A stretch of DNA of 64,000 bases from an uncultured delta proteobacterium. GTDB lineage: Bacteria > Myxococcota_A > Polyangia > Polyangiales > Polyangiaceae. Made by a program: the position numbers and the translations under genes. Shown one piece after another: positions 20,029 through 30,342 of this stretch. Every line of letters starts with the position of its first letter. Positions within the stretch are counted from its first letter, which is position 1. The notes under the pieces are model-generated. The model was not told the DNA's origin, searched no databases, and worked only from the letters and a program-made list of their open reading frames with translations. The DNA lies in NCBI GenBank assembly GCA_963806225.1, contig CAWDXG010000004.1:2624001-2688000 (forward strand), read 5' to 3'.

Positions 20029-21831
20029 GTGCTGACCCGGCGCGCTTCACGGCTACGCGAGTATGCGCTGTTCGCGCTGGCCGCGCTGGCGCCCGCGCTA
20101 GCCGTCGGCGTGCTGGCACTCCGGGCTCTTTCGAACGAGAACGCGGCGGCGCTGCGGGAGACGGCGGCGGGGCTCGACGCGGCGGGGGAGCGATTGTCGC
20201 TCCGCGTCCATCAAGCCTTGTCGCAATCGGAGAAGAAGCTCGGCGCTGCGCGGCTGGACCGCCCCGCGCCGGAGCTGGCGCACACCTTGAACGCCCTGCG
20301 CCCCGCATTCGCTACAGCGGTAGTGCTCGGCGCGGATCGCGCGCTGCTCTGGCCCGCTCCACCACGGGTGGCGGAACATGCCGCGCCGCCGAAGTGTGGC
20401 GCGCTCGCCGCCACCCTCGCCGATCCGACGGCGAAAGGACGCGACGCGGCACGCCGCGCGCTGCTCGCGGACTGCACGGAGCTACGCACTCCGACCGGGC
20501 GCTGGCTGTGGCCGGTCGTAGCGCTCGATGCGCGGAGCAGCGCCGACGCAGTGCGCATCGCCGACTGGCTCGAGCGGCACGCAGAGCTGCTGTCGAACGC
20601 ACAGCGCGATGCGACGCGACTCGCCCTCGGAAGGCTGCCGGAGCCGGCGCGAAGCCGCGCGCTCGCCGCGCTTTCGCACGACAGCGCGGCGCGGGCGTCG
20701 CTGGTCGATGAGCTCGGAGCAGCTGGCCCGGCCAAAGCGCTCGCGGCGGCGCCGGACAGCGCCGGGGTCGTCACGTGGCACGCAGGCTCCACATTGGGAG
20801 CGCTCCGGGCGCTCGGCGATGGGCGGCTGGCGGGATTCGTGGTGGACGCCGCGTCCCTGCAGCGGGCGCTCGATCAGGGCGCGCTGGGCGCCGGCCCCGA
20901 CACCCATGTGCGCGTGCTGGATGGCGCCGCAGAGCCGCCGCCATCCGGCCACGCACTGCCCACGCGGCTTTCCGCGCGCGTGCCGCTGGCGCCCGCGCTC
21001 ACCCTCGGCGTCGTGCCCGCCGACCCGGACGCGGTGGCGCGCCACGCCGCACGGAGCCGGCTGCTGCTGCTCGCCCTGGCGCTCGGCTCTACCCTGCTGG
21101 CGTTCGGCGTGGCAGCGCTGCTGTTCGCCCGGCTGCGTGCCGCGCGCCGCTCGAGCGAGCTCAGAACCGACTTCGTGTCCGCGGTGTCGCACGAGCTGCG
21201 CACACCGATCGCGTCGGTTCGCATGTTCGCGGAGCTTCTGGAAGAAGAGCGCGTGGAGCCGGACGAACGACGCGAGGTTGTCGACGCCATCGCGCGCGAA
21301 TCACGGAGGCTCGGTGAGACGGTCGAACGCCTGCTCGGTTTCAGTCGTATGGCCGCAGGGCGCGCGGTCATCGAGCGGCAGCTGGGCAGCGTCGCCGCAG
21401 CCGTCGCCGCGTCGATCGACACCTTCGAGCAACGGCACCCCGGGTTGGCCGTCGAGCGCACGCTCGACCGGGACGTCGAGGCGCCCATCGATGCCGCACA
21501 GATCGGTCTCGCCGTGGACAACCTGCTGGAAAACGCGCGCAAGCACGCGCCGGATGGCACGCCCTACCGCGTCGAGGTCGCGCGGGATGGGCGCGGCGTC
21601 GCCATCCGGGTCAGCGACCACGGCCCGGGCATCGCGCCGCGCGATCAGAAGCGCATCTTCCGTCCCTTCGAGCGCGCGGACGACCGGCTGAGTCGCGCAA
21701 CCGAAGGCAGCGGCATCGGGCTCTCGCTGGTGCGGCACGTGGCCGGCGCCCACGGCGGCAACGCGAGCGTAGACAGCCGGCCCGGCAAGGGCGCAACGTT
21801 CACCCTCTGGATCCCCGGGAGCGAGACATGA
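20029..21831 (+). CDS. Membrane sensor histidine kinase
   Basis: Two TM segments, VSHELRTP, NLLENA, DHGPG, GIGLS. Confidence 0.92.
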   Translation: MLTRRASRLREYALFALAALAPALAVGVLALRALSNENAAALRETAAGLDAAGERLSLRVHQALSQSEKKLGAARLDRPAPELAHTLNALRPAFATAVVLGADRALLWPAPPRVAEHAAPPKCGALAATLADPTAKGRDAARRALLADCTELRTPTGRWLWPVVALDARSSADAVRIADWLERHAELLSNAQRDATRLALGRLPEPARSRALAALSHDSAARASLVDELGAAGPAKALAAAPDSAGVVTWHAGSTLGALRALGDGRLAGFVVDAASLQRALDQGALGAGPDTHVRVLDGAAEPPPSGHALPTRLSARVPLAPALTLGVVPADPDAVARHAARSRLLLLALALGSTLLAFGVAALLFARLRAARRSSELRTDFVSAVSHELRTPIASVRMFAELLEEERVEPDERREVVDAIARESRRLGETVERLLGFSRMAAGRAVIERQLGSVAAAVAASIDTFEQRHPGLAVERTLDRDVEAPIDAAQIGLAVDNLLENARKHAPDGTPYRVEVARDGRGVAIRVSDHGPGIAPRDQKRIFRPFERADDRLSRATEGSGIGLSLVRHVAGAHGGNASVDSRPGKGATFTLWIPGSET

Positions 21832-22541
21832 ACGGTCGACAGGAAACCGTGCTGGTCGTCGAGGATGACGCAAGCCTGAGGCTCGGCCTGACGAAGACGC
21901 TGCGTTCGGAAGGCTACGCCGTGCGCACGGCAGCGACGGGCCCGGAGGGACTCGAATCCGCGCTCGGAGAGCCGCCCGATCTGGTGCTGCTCGACCTGAT
22001 GCTGCCCGGGATGAACGGCTTCGAGATCCTCGAGGAGCTGCGCCGCCGCGACGCGGAACTGCCGATCATCCTGCTGACCGCGAAGGGCGCGGAGGAGGAC
22101 AAGGTGCGCGGCCTCGGGCTCGGAGCGGACGACTACGTGGTCAAGCCGTTCGGGATCGCAGAGCTGTTGGCGCGCGTGGATGCCGCGCTCAGGTTGCGCC
22201 GGCTGCGCGCTTCGGCCGTCGAACGGGTAGTGGTGGGGGCGCTCAGCGTGGACTTCAAGTCGCACGCGGCCGAGCGCGACGGTGCCCGCATCGAGATGAC
22301 GGCGCTGGAGATGAAGCTGCTCCGGTACCTGCTCCTGCACGAGGGAACGCTGCTGCCGCGCCAGCGCATTCTCGATGCGGTGTGGGGCAGCGACTACTTC
22401 GGCACGGATCGCACAGTCGACAACTTCATCAACCGGTTGCGCAGCAAGCTGGAGCGCGACCCGCACCGCCCGGTACACCTGGTCACCGTGCGCGGCGCGG
22501 GCTACCGGCTCACCCGGCAGGCCGCGGAGACACAACGGTGA
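21828..22541 (+). CDS. OmpR/PhoB-family response regulator
   Basis: VVEDD, LLDLMLP, GADDYVVKPF, winged helix RTVDNFINRLRSKLE..TVRGAGY. Confidence 0.95.
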   Translation: MNGRQETVLVVEDDASLRLGLTKTLRSEGYAVRTAATGPEGLESALGEPPDLVLLDLMLPGMNGFEILEELRRRDAELPIILLTAKGAEEDKVRGLGLGADDYVVKPFGIAELLARVDAALRLRRLRASAVERVVVGALSVDFKSHAAERDGARIEMTALEMKLLRYLLLHEGTLLPRQRILDAVWGSDYFGTDRTVDNFINRLRSKLERDPHRPVHLVTVRGAGYRLTRQAAETQR

Positions 22542-22626
22542 CCTGGCGGAGAAAGAGCCGGGACAACGCCTGGCCATCCTGTTCCACGGACATCGCGCTT
22601 CGCGATGCAAACGTGGAGGACGCACC

Positions 22627-23907
22627 ATGACGAACACCCGCACAGCCATCACCTTGATTCTCGCCGCAACCGCTCTCGGGGGCTGCGGCAACGCCCGGGA
22701 CCTGTCGAGCGACATGCGCGGCGCCGGAACGCGCTCGCGCGCTCCGGCCACCAAGGCCGGCGCCGGCAGTACCGCCCTCACCATCGAACAGGCGTCGCAG
22801 AAGCTCGATCTCGGCAAGAAAGTGAAGAGCTCGCGCGCCACGCTGGAACGCATCGTGGCCGATCCGGCGACGAGCGCCGACGATCACGACCGCGCCGCGC
22901 TTGCCCTGAGCCGCGCCTACCAGGCCGCCGGCGATCACGAACACGCCATCCGCACCGTGGAGGGCCTGCTCGCCGCCCACGTCGACGACCACCGCTGGGC
23001 GCTGTCGCGCGCGGCGTCGAAGGAGCTCCGCCGTCTGCTCACGGGCAAGGCGGAGGACAACGCGCCGTCGTTCGATCCGGACAGGGTCGTCTCGCCGTTC
23101 GCGCGCGTGCTCGCGCCATACTTCCCGGTCGGTGCCGACAAACGGCTTTCGGCCAACATCCTGCTGTTCGGCGGCGAGGACGCCACCAGCAACAAACTCG
23201 GCACCTTCGCCGTCGGCGACGCGGCGCGCGAGATGCGCCTGGAGCGCTGTCCGCTTTGCCAGGACGATCTCCGGCGCGACATCCACGTCGGCCGCACCTC
23301 GTGGACCGGTATCCCCGCCTACCGTGATCGGCTGTCCGGCGCGCTCGACGTGTTCTACTTCGACCTCGGGAGCGAGCGCATCCCGACGCGCTACGAGCAG
23401 TACCTGCCGCTTCCCGAAAAGGAGATCGTGAGCCATCTCCAGAACGGCGAAGGGGTCATCGCCGCCAGGGAGCGCAAGGGCGGGCCACCCTCCATCCTGA
23501 TCGCCGCGCCGCGACGTGCGCAACTCCCCGACGTGGAGGAAGCTCTGTCGAAGCGGACGAGCCTGCCCACCGAACCGGCGGTCGTGAAGGTGTCGCCCGC
23601 GCCGAGGCCGGGCGAAATCCGCGGCGTGGTCCGCGCCGCGTTCCCTGGCTTCAAGAGCTGCTACGACAAGCTTCTGGCGAGCGCGCCGGCCGCGACGGGT
23701 CGGGTCATGTTGAAGTTCACCATCGGTGCGGACGGCTCCGTTACCGACAGCAGCATCGATGCCGCCCGGTCCAGCCTGCAGGACAACACGTTCGACGGCT
23801 GCACACTCGACGTGACGCGCAAGCTGCGCTTCCCCGCCAGCGGCCACGGCAGCACCACCGTGGACTACCCGATCACGTTCTCTCCGGACGCGGCGGACGC
23901 CCCGTAG
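22627..23907 (+). CDS. Lipoprotein with TPR-like helices and AgmX/PglI (TonB-C-like) C-terminal domain
   Basis: GGAGG RBS, lipobox LGGC; C-terminal FKSCY..GRVMLKFTIGADGSV..GC..LRFP..VDYPITF. Confidence 0.8.
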   Translation: MTNTRTAITLILAATALGGCGNARDLSSDMRGAGTRSRAPATKAGAGSTALTIEQASQKLDLGKKVKSSRATLERIVADPATSADDHDRAALALSRAYQAAGDHEHAIRTVEGLLAAHVDDHRWALSRAASKELRRLLTGKAEDNAPSFDPDRVVSPFARVLAPYFPVGADKRLSANILLFGGEDATSNKLGTFAVGDAAREMRLERCPLCQDDLRRDIHVGRTSWTGIPAYRDRLSGALDVFYFDLGSERIPTRYEQYLPLPEKEIVSHLQNGEGVIAARERKGGPPSILIAAPRRAQLPDVEEALSKRTSLPTEPAVVKVSPAPRPGEIRGVVRAAFPGFKSCYDKLLASAPAATGRVMLKFTIGADGSVTDSSIDAARSSLQDNTFDGCTLDVTRKLRFPASGHGSTTVDYPITFSPDAADAP

Positions 23908-23915
23908 CCGCAGAG

Positions 23916-23952
23916 GGGGCAGCCGCGCGGGACCCTACCCGCGCGGTTGTCC
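23916..23952. terminator. GC-rich hairpin between convergent genes
   Basis: GGCAGCCGCGCGGG...CCCGCGCGGTTGTC stem (with G-U pairs); no U-tract. Confidence 0.45.
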
Positions 23953-25023
<1,071 letters not shown>

Positions 25024-25130
25024 GCAGATAATGTATCACGCATCGGCCTTCCGACGGTCGGCTCCTGCGGCTGCGACCTTTGCGCACACGCACCTCCACT
25101 GTCATACCCGACGCTCCTGTGAACGACTCG

Positions 25131-25862
25131 ATGAAGCCCCGCGCCCCTTCCCTGCGACTGGTCCCGCCCAACGAGGAGCTTCGCGGCGTGGCGCCGCGCG
25201 CGCTGGAACGCGCCGCGCGCCTGTGCTCGCCCGGCGACGCGACGCATCGCGGCTTGCTCTGCATCGGAGCCACGCTAGCCCGGCGCGGCCTGTCGATATG
25301 CGCTCCGCCGGGGGCGCGCGCTCCAGTACTCGCCGCGCTGGAGGTCGGCGAAGCGTGGGCGAACGGACAGGCCGGTGAGCACGTGGTAGCGAAAGCGCGC
25401 AGCGACGCGTTCAACGCAGTGATCGCGGTGGAACGCCGCACCATCGACGCGGTGCGTACGGCAGGACTCTCGGCGGCCAAGAAGAGAACACTCATCGATG
25501 CGCACGCCGAGAGCGTGGTGGTGCGCTACGTCGGTCTGTCAGCGAACTACGCGAGCGGCGCAGCGCTGCTCGTGCTCGACGGCGTGGCGGATCCGACCCA
25601 GCTCGGGCCGGTCGCGCAGCAGGTGGCCGGTGCCATCGCCTACCAGTCCGCAGGGCTCGGGCCGGCACGCTCGGCCGACGTGCGGGCCAGCGCCTGCGAG
25701 CAGGCCGAGTGGGAAGCCGAGCGCCAGGGCGCGCCGGAGGGTCACGGCGTGGGCGCGCTGGCGGTCCAGCTCTTCCACGAGTACCTGGGCTCCTACTGGA
25801 AGGATCGAAGCGACGCGCAGCGCGCGTACTTCGCCGAGTTCATCGAGTGGGCGCTCGCTTGA
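25131..25862 (+). CDS. Hypothetical all-helical protein (weak Imm5-like resemblance)
   Basis: Open frame with plausible GC-rich codons; AALEVGEAWANGQ segment resembles putative Imm5-like immunity proteins. Confidence 0.6.
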   Translation: MKPRAPSLRLVPPNEELRGVAPRALERAARLCSPGDATHRGLLCIGATLARRGLSICAPPGARAPVLAALEVGEAWANGQAGEHVVAKARSDAFNAVIAVERRTIDAVRTAGLSAAKKRTLIDAHAESVVVRYVGLSANYASGAALLVLDGVADPTQLGPVAQQVAGAIAYQSAGLGPARSADVRASACEQAEWEAERQGAPEGHGVGALAVQLFHEYLGSYWKDRSDAQRAYFAEFIEWALA

Positions 25863-25868
25863 CGCGCG

Positions 25869-26531
25869 TCAACGTTTGCGCGCAAGCAGCAGTCCGTCGC
25901 CGATAGGCACCATGCTCATGCTCACCCGATCGTCGCTCGCGATCTTGGCATTGAGCGCGCGGATGGCCCGCGTGTCCTCGTCCTGCACCGAGTCATCCGC
26001 CACGCGACCTCCCCACAGGGCGTTGTCGATGGCGATCAGCCCGCCGCGACGGAGCAGCTCGAGGCTCCGCTCGTAGTAGGTGTCGTAGTTGCTCTTGTCA
26101 GCGTCGATGAAGGAGAAGTCGAAGCTCTCCCGGGCACCCTCCTCCACGAGCTTGCCCAACGTCTCGGCAGCGGGAGCCAATCGCAGCTCGATGCGGTCGG
26201 TCACGCCTGCCTCGTTCCAGTAGCGACGCGCAACCGACGTGTATTCCTCGCTCACGTCGCAGGCAACGATGCGACCGCCCGGGGGCAGTGCGAGCGCGAC
26301 CGAGAGCGAGCTATAGCCGGTGAAGACCCCTATCTCGAGCGCCCGCTCCACGCCGCCGAGCTCGACCAGCAGGCGCATGAACTGGCCTTGTTCCGGCGAG
26401 ATCTGCATGTTCGAGTTCGGCATGTTCGCCGTTTCCTCGCGCAGGCGGGCGAGCAGCTCGGGCTCGCGCAGGGTCTCGCGCAGCAGATAGCCGTGCAGGA
26501 CATCGGTCACTTGAATCGTTCGGGTCGACAA
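25869..26531 (-). CDS. Class I SAM-dependent O-methyltransferase (caffeoyl-CoA OMT-like)
   Basis: MQISPEQGQF, LEIGVFTGYS, FIDADK, IDNALWGG, PIGDGL. Start TTG inferred. Confidence 0.92.
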   Translation of the reverse strand: MSTRTIQVTDVLHGYLLRETLREPELLARLREETANMPNSNMQISPEQGQFMRLLVELGGVERALEIGVFTGYSSLSVALALPPGGRIVACDVSEEYTSVARRYWNEAGVTDRIELRLAPAAETLGKLVEEGARESFDFSFIDADKSNYDTYYERSLELLRRGGLIAIDNALWGGRVADDSVQDEDTRAIRALNAKIASDDRVSMSMVPIGDGLLLARKR

Positions 26532-26633
26532 CAGGCGCCTCCTCGGGACGCAGCCTAGAACAGGGCGCGCCACTGCGCACGGACCGTGCCGGAACATGGA
26601 CGCTTCCGCCATGGCCGACTATCGTGCCCTGGC

Positions 26634-26909
26634 ATGCGGGCGGCAGAGCTCGAAGCAGAAAAGCCGTGGGTGGTCTACGTGCTGGTTTCCCGCACGCGCG
26701 GCACCTACGTCGGGATCTCGACGGACGCCGGGCGCCGCCTCGCGCAGCACAACGGCGAGCGGGCCGGCGGAGCCCGCTCGACCCGCGCCGGGCGCCCCTG
26801 GAAGCTCGCAACCGTGTACGGCCCGTACAGGACGCGAAGCGAGGCGCTTTCCGTCGAGTACCGGGTCAAGAAGCTCCGGGGGCGGCGCCGGCTACAGTTC
26901 GCCGCGTAA
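26634..26909 (+). CDS. GIY-YIG nuclease family protein (UPF0213-like)
   Basis: WVVYVL..TYVGIST..RRLAQHN..GARSTR..RPW..EALSVEYRVKK. Confidence 0.85.
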   Translation: MRAAELEAEKPWVVYVLVSRTRGTYVGISTDAGRRLAQHNGERAGGARSTRAGRPWKLATVYGPYRTRSEALSVEYRVKKLRGRRRLQFAA

Positions 26910-27026
26910 CTGACGAAAAGGGTGGTCCGGCCGTGCGGCCGCGCGCGGCACGCCTTCCCGGACGCCTCTTCCGTTACTATCTTCTACGGCGGCGGGCGTT
27001 TTCCATCTCTGCTCGGGGTTACCTGC

Positions 27027-27713
27027 ATGCACATTCTCTCCGGTCGTTCCTCTCGCACCCTGTCCCACTCGCTCGAAACCCGATTCGCTGTCGCCGTGAT
27101 GGCTGCGGCGGTGCTGCTGCTGCTTGGCAGCACCGCACGGGCGCAGATCAAGGAGCCGGGCAACCACCCGGACTACTCGGTGGAGCTCGAGCCGCACGGG
27201 GTGTTTGCCTTTGGGTATGGGCCTGGCTGGGCCAGCGACGGCTTCGGGGTCGGAGCCCGGGCGACGATTCCGATCATCCAGGACGGTCCCATCAAGACCA
27301 TCAACAATTCGATGGGAATCGGCTTCGGCCTGGACTGGATGCACTACAGCAGCGACTGCTACGGCTACTACGGCTGGGGGCGCTACTTCGGGCCGAACGG
27401 CTATCCCGGAGGCTATGGCTGCAGCGGAAACAGCCTGCTGTTCCCGGTCGTGATGCAGTGGAACTTCTGGCTCACCAAGGTCATCAGCGTCTTCGGCGAG
27501 CCGGGCTTCGCCATCCAGCACACCTGGTGGGACTCCTACTACTACGACACGCGCTGTGGTGGACCCTACAACCTGTGCCCGACCAAGTACTCCCACACGG
27601 ATTTCCGCTTCGTTTTCTGGGGCGGCGCGCGCTTCATGTTCGGTGACACAGTAGGCCTCACGGCGCGCGTCGGTTGGCCCTACGTCTCCATCGGCGCGTC
27701 GTTCCTGCTCTAG
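27027..27713 (+). CDS. Putative outer-membrane beta-barrel protein
   Basis: Signal peptide, aromatic-rich amphipathic strands, C-terminus YVSIGASFLL. Start uncertain (27027 or 27099). Confidence 0.7.
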   Translation: MHILSGRSSRTLSHSLETRFAVAVMAAAVLLLLGSTARAQIKEPGNHPDYSVELEPHGVFAFGYGPGWASDGFGVGARATIPIIQDGPIKTINNSMGIGFGLDWMHYSSDCYGYYGWGRYFGPNGYPGGYGCSGNSLLFPVVMQWNFWLTKVISVFGEPGFAIQHTWWDSYYYDTRCGGPYNLCPTKYSHTDFRFVFWGGARFMFGDTVGLTARVGWPYVSIGASFLL

Positions 27714-27732
27714 CCTGCTCTAGATCGCCGGT

Positions 27733-27759
27733 CCGGCGCGGCGTGTAGCGCCGCGCCGG
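27733..27759 (+). terminator. Hairpin after OMP gene
   Basis: CCGGCGCGGCG-TGTAG-CGCCGCGCCGG, an 11-bp perfect stem; preceded by a 10-nt direct duplication CCTGCTCTAG x2 at 27704-27723. Confidence 0.55.
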
Positions 27760-27833
27760 CCAGTCCCCGACAGGTCCCGGGAAATCAGGCAATTGACGCG
27801 GGAGCGCGCAGCTCCCAGCATGATCGCGGGAAT

Positions 27834-29840
27834 ATGTGGTCTTCCACCTGGGTCGGCGAGCGCTTGCAGGCGGATGGCGTCATCAACTACGCGCAGCTGC
27901 AGTCCGCACTCAACAACATGAAGCTCCACGACGAGCGCATGGAGGAGGCCCTGCTGCGCATCGGCGCTATCGACGAGACAGGGCTGCTCCGCTTCGTCGC
28001 CGAGAAGACCCGCACGCAGTACGTCTCCACAGGCAAGCTGGCGCGCCTCGACGTGGCGGAGTCGGCGCTCGACAAGGTGCCCGAGCGCACGGCCGAGAAG
28101 CTCCTCGCGTTTCCGGTCCGCTACGACCGGCAGAGCGACACGCTGACGCTGGTTTCACCGGACGCCGGCATTCCGGAGCACGTCAAGCAGATCGCGATCG
28201 CGACCGGCGTGAAGAACTTGCGCGTCTACTTCGCACGGCCAGCATCGGTGGAGGCCGCCATCGCCAAGTGGTACCGCGGGCAGATCCAGTCGTTCGCCGG
28301 GCTCGACCTGGACACGTTCACCCAGCTCCAGTCGGCCGTCGACATGTACGAGCGCCACATGCTCGACGAGGCCGGACTGAAGAGCAGGCCCCAGGGCTCG
28401 GCTCCCTCGCACGAACACCTGCTGACGCCGCCGCCGCTCGATGTGCGTCCGCCTTCGGTGCCGGCCCCGGCTCCAGCCGTAGCGACGACGCCGGCCACCG
28501 TAGCCGTCACGCCGATCCCTCCCCGCGCCGGGCCGGATCGGCGCCTGCTGGATCTGGCCGAGATGCTCAACGTGATGGTCGCGCTCAACGAGAACGCGCG
28601 TGACGAGTTCCGCGGTCACTCTGCATCGGTGGCGCGCTTCGGTCGATTGCTCGCCGAGCGCCTGGGCCTCGACGAGCTGGCGCAGATCGAGTTCACAATC
28701 GCCGCCAACCTGCACAACGTCGGAAAGACGGTTTCCTATCACCTGACCGCGCTGAACGCGGCCCAGTACGCCACCCATCGGACCGCGGCGGAGAAACTCG
28801 TACAGACACCGGTGCGCCTGCTGGAGAGCGTCGGACTGCCGGACGGCTCCACGCGCTCGGTGTCGGCCATGTACGAACGCTTCGATGGGCAGGGGTTCCC
28901 GGGACGCCTCGCGGGCCAGGATATCCCGCTCGGCGCGCGTGTCCTCACCCTGTGCGACACGTATTCCGATCTCACGCTCAATCCACGCAATCCCTACCGC
29001 CGCGCGCTCGCACACGACGAAGCGCTGGGGGTGCTGCGCCAGCTCAAGGGCAGCCTGTTCGATCCGGATCTAGTAGAGCTGCTCGGTCATCTGGTAGCGG
29101 GTGAAGATCTCAGAAAGAAGCTCTCCGACTCCGACTCGGTCGTGCTCCTGGTCGAGCCGAACCTGGACGAGGCCACGCTGATCGAGCTCAGGCTGGTCGC
29201 GCAGGGGTTCGAGGTGCTGCTGGCGCGCAGCGCGGATCAAGCCCTGGAGAAGGCAGAGGAGGGTCGGGTTCGCTATGTGCTCTCGGAAGTCGAGCTGAAA
29301 CCGTTCGACGGGTTCGAGCTCTTGCGCGCGCTGCGCGACAACGACGCGACGCGCGGGATCCCGTTCTTCTTCGTGGCACGCGCTTCGGACACGGCCAGCA
29401 TCGATCGCGGATTTTCCCTGGGGGCGCAGGACTACATCGTCAAGCCGACGAGCGGTGACGTGCTGGCCGGCAAGCTCCGGCGCCTCGGCGCAGCCCAGCC
29501 GCACGCCGAACGCAGCGTGAACGCGGGCGTGGCGGGCTCGCTGTCCGAGATGGGGCTGCCTGATCTCGTGCAGATCCTCGGCGCCGGGCAGAAGAACGGG
29601 CGGCTCGCGTTGAAGTCCGGCGAGCACGCGGGCGAGGTGCACTTCAAGAATGGACGCATCGTGCACGCGCTCTTCGACTCCGATGTCGCGGGCGAAGACG
29701 CGTTCTTCGAGCTGCTCGCGCTTTCCACGGGCAGCTTCGAGCTCGATCCGGGATTTTCGCCCGCCGAAGAGACGATCCAGGCCAGCACAGAGTCGCTCAT
29801 CCTCGAGGGTTTCAGGCGGCTGGACGAGCGGAATCGCTGA
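27834..29840 (+). CDS. MshEN/GSPII_N-like + degenerate HD-GYP + atypical REC + DUF4388 signalling protein
   Basis: VGERLQADGVI..QL..AL; GHSASVA..LHNVGK..MYERFDGQGFP..IPLGARV; LLVE..LSEVELKPFDG..YIVKP; GSLSEMGLPDLVQ..GEVHFKNGRIVHA. Confidence 0.85.
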   Translation: MWSSTWVGERLQADGVINYAQLQSALNNMKLHDERMEEALLRIGAIDETGLLRFVAEKTRTQYVSTGKLARLDVAESALDKVPERTAEKLLAFPVRYDRQSDTLTLVSPDAGIPEHVKQIAIATGVKNLRVYFARPASVEAAIAKWYRGQIQSFAGLDLDTFTQLQSAVDMYERHMLDEAGLKSRPQGSAPSHEHLLTPPPLDVRPPSVPAPAPAVATTPATVAVTPIPPRAGPDRRLLDLAEMLNVMVALNENARDEFRGHSASVARFGRLLAERLGLDELAQIEFTIAANLHNVGKTVSYHLTALNAAQYATHRTAAEKLVQTPVRLLESVGLPDGSTRSVSAMYERFDGQGFPGRLAGQDIPLGARVLTLCDTYSDLTLNPRNPYRRALAHDEALGVLRQLKGSLFDPDLVELLGHLVAGEDLRKKLSDSDSVVLLVEPNLDEATLIELRLVAQGFEVLLARSADQALEKAEEGRVRYVLSEVELKPFDGFELLRALRDNDATRGIPFFFVARASDTASIDRGFSLGAQDYIVKPTSGDVLAGKLRRLGAAQPHAERSVNAGVAGSLSEMGLPDLVQILGAGQKNGRLALKSGEHAGEVHFKNGRIVHALFDSDVAGEDAFFELLALSTGSFELDPGFSPAEETIQASTESLILEGFRRLDERNR

Positions 29841-30024
29841 CTTTCGCGAAAAGACTTGCGCAGAAGTTGGCCCACTGCCGACGGCTCTGGCAAAAGCCGC
29901 GGAGTAGACCCGTGCGCCCGGCAGCGCCCTAGCGTTGACGAGCACAAGGCCTGGAGGACTCCGGTGACTGCGCCCGACGGCGCGGCCCGGAAGGCGCACC
30001 CGTGCGCGACAAGGAGGCCCATCG

Positions 30025-30339
30025 ATGATCAGGAGCACCGAGGAGATCGAGCGACCCACCGAGTGGCTGCGCTCCCTCGAGGAGGGGCGGCGCAACTATC
30101 AGTGGCTTGTCGGCGACGCCGGGAGTCTGGCCGCGGCCGCGTACCGTCTCGCGCGCGCGCGCTGCCGCGTACAGCCGGTCCCAACCCGCATACCGACGGC
30201 ACGCGAGCTGTACGCCGCTGCGCGCACTATCGCGCGAAGCATCGGCCAGCGCGATGTGCCGCGCCCGGCGCTACTGGTCGCCGAGTGCGACTTCGCCGAC
30301 CTGCCCGTTATTGCGCCGCTGTCGCGCCACGCCGCCTAG
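30025..30339 (+). CDS. Hypothetical protein (104 aa)
   Basis: Strong AAGGAGG RBS at 30011; fills the gap between flanking genes. Confidence 0.7.
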   Translation: MIRSTEEIERPTEWLRSLEEGRRNYQWLVGDAGSLAAAAYRLARARCRVQPVPTRIPTARELYAAARTIARSIGQRDVPRPALLVAECDFADLPVIAPLSRHAA

Positions 30340-30342
30340 CGC

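Noticed and set aside
26634..26909. Homing endonuclease or mobile element
   Set aside because: Stand-alone short UPF0213-type GIY-YIG; no intron, inverted repeats or interrupted host gene.
29841..30024. Cyclic-dinucleotide riboswitch downstream of the HD-GYP gene
   Set aside because: GGCAAAAGCC is suggestive, but I could not find the GAAA-tetraloop P2 stem and conserved junctions of the GEMM motif. An Rfam scan would settle it.
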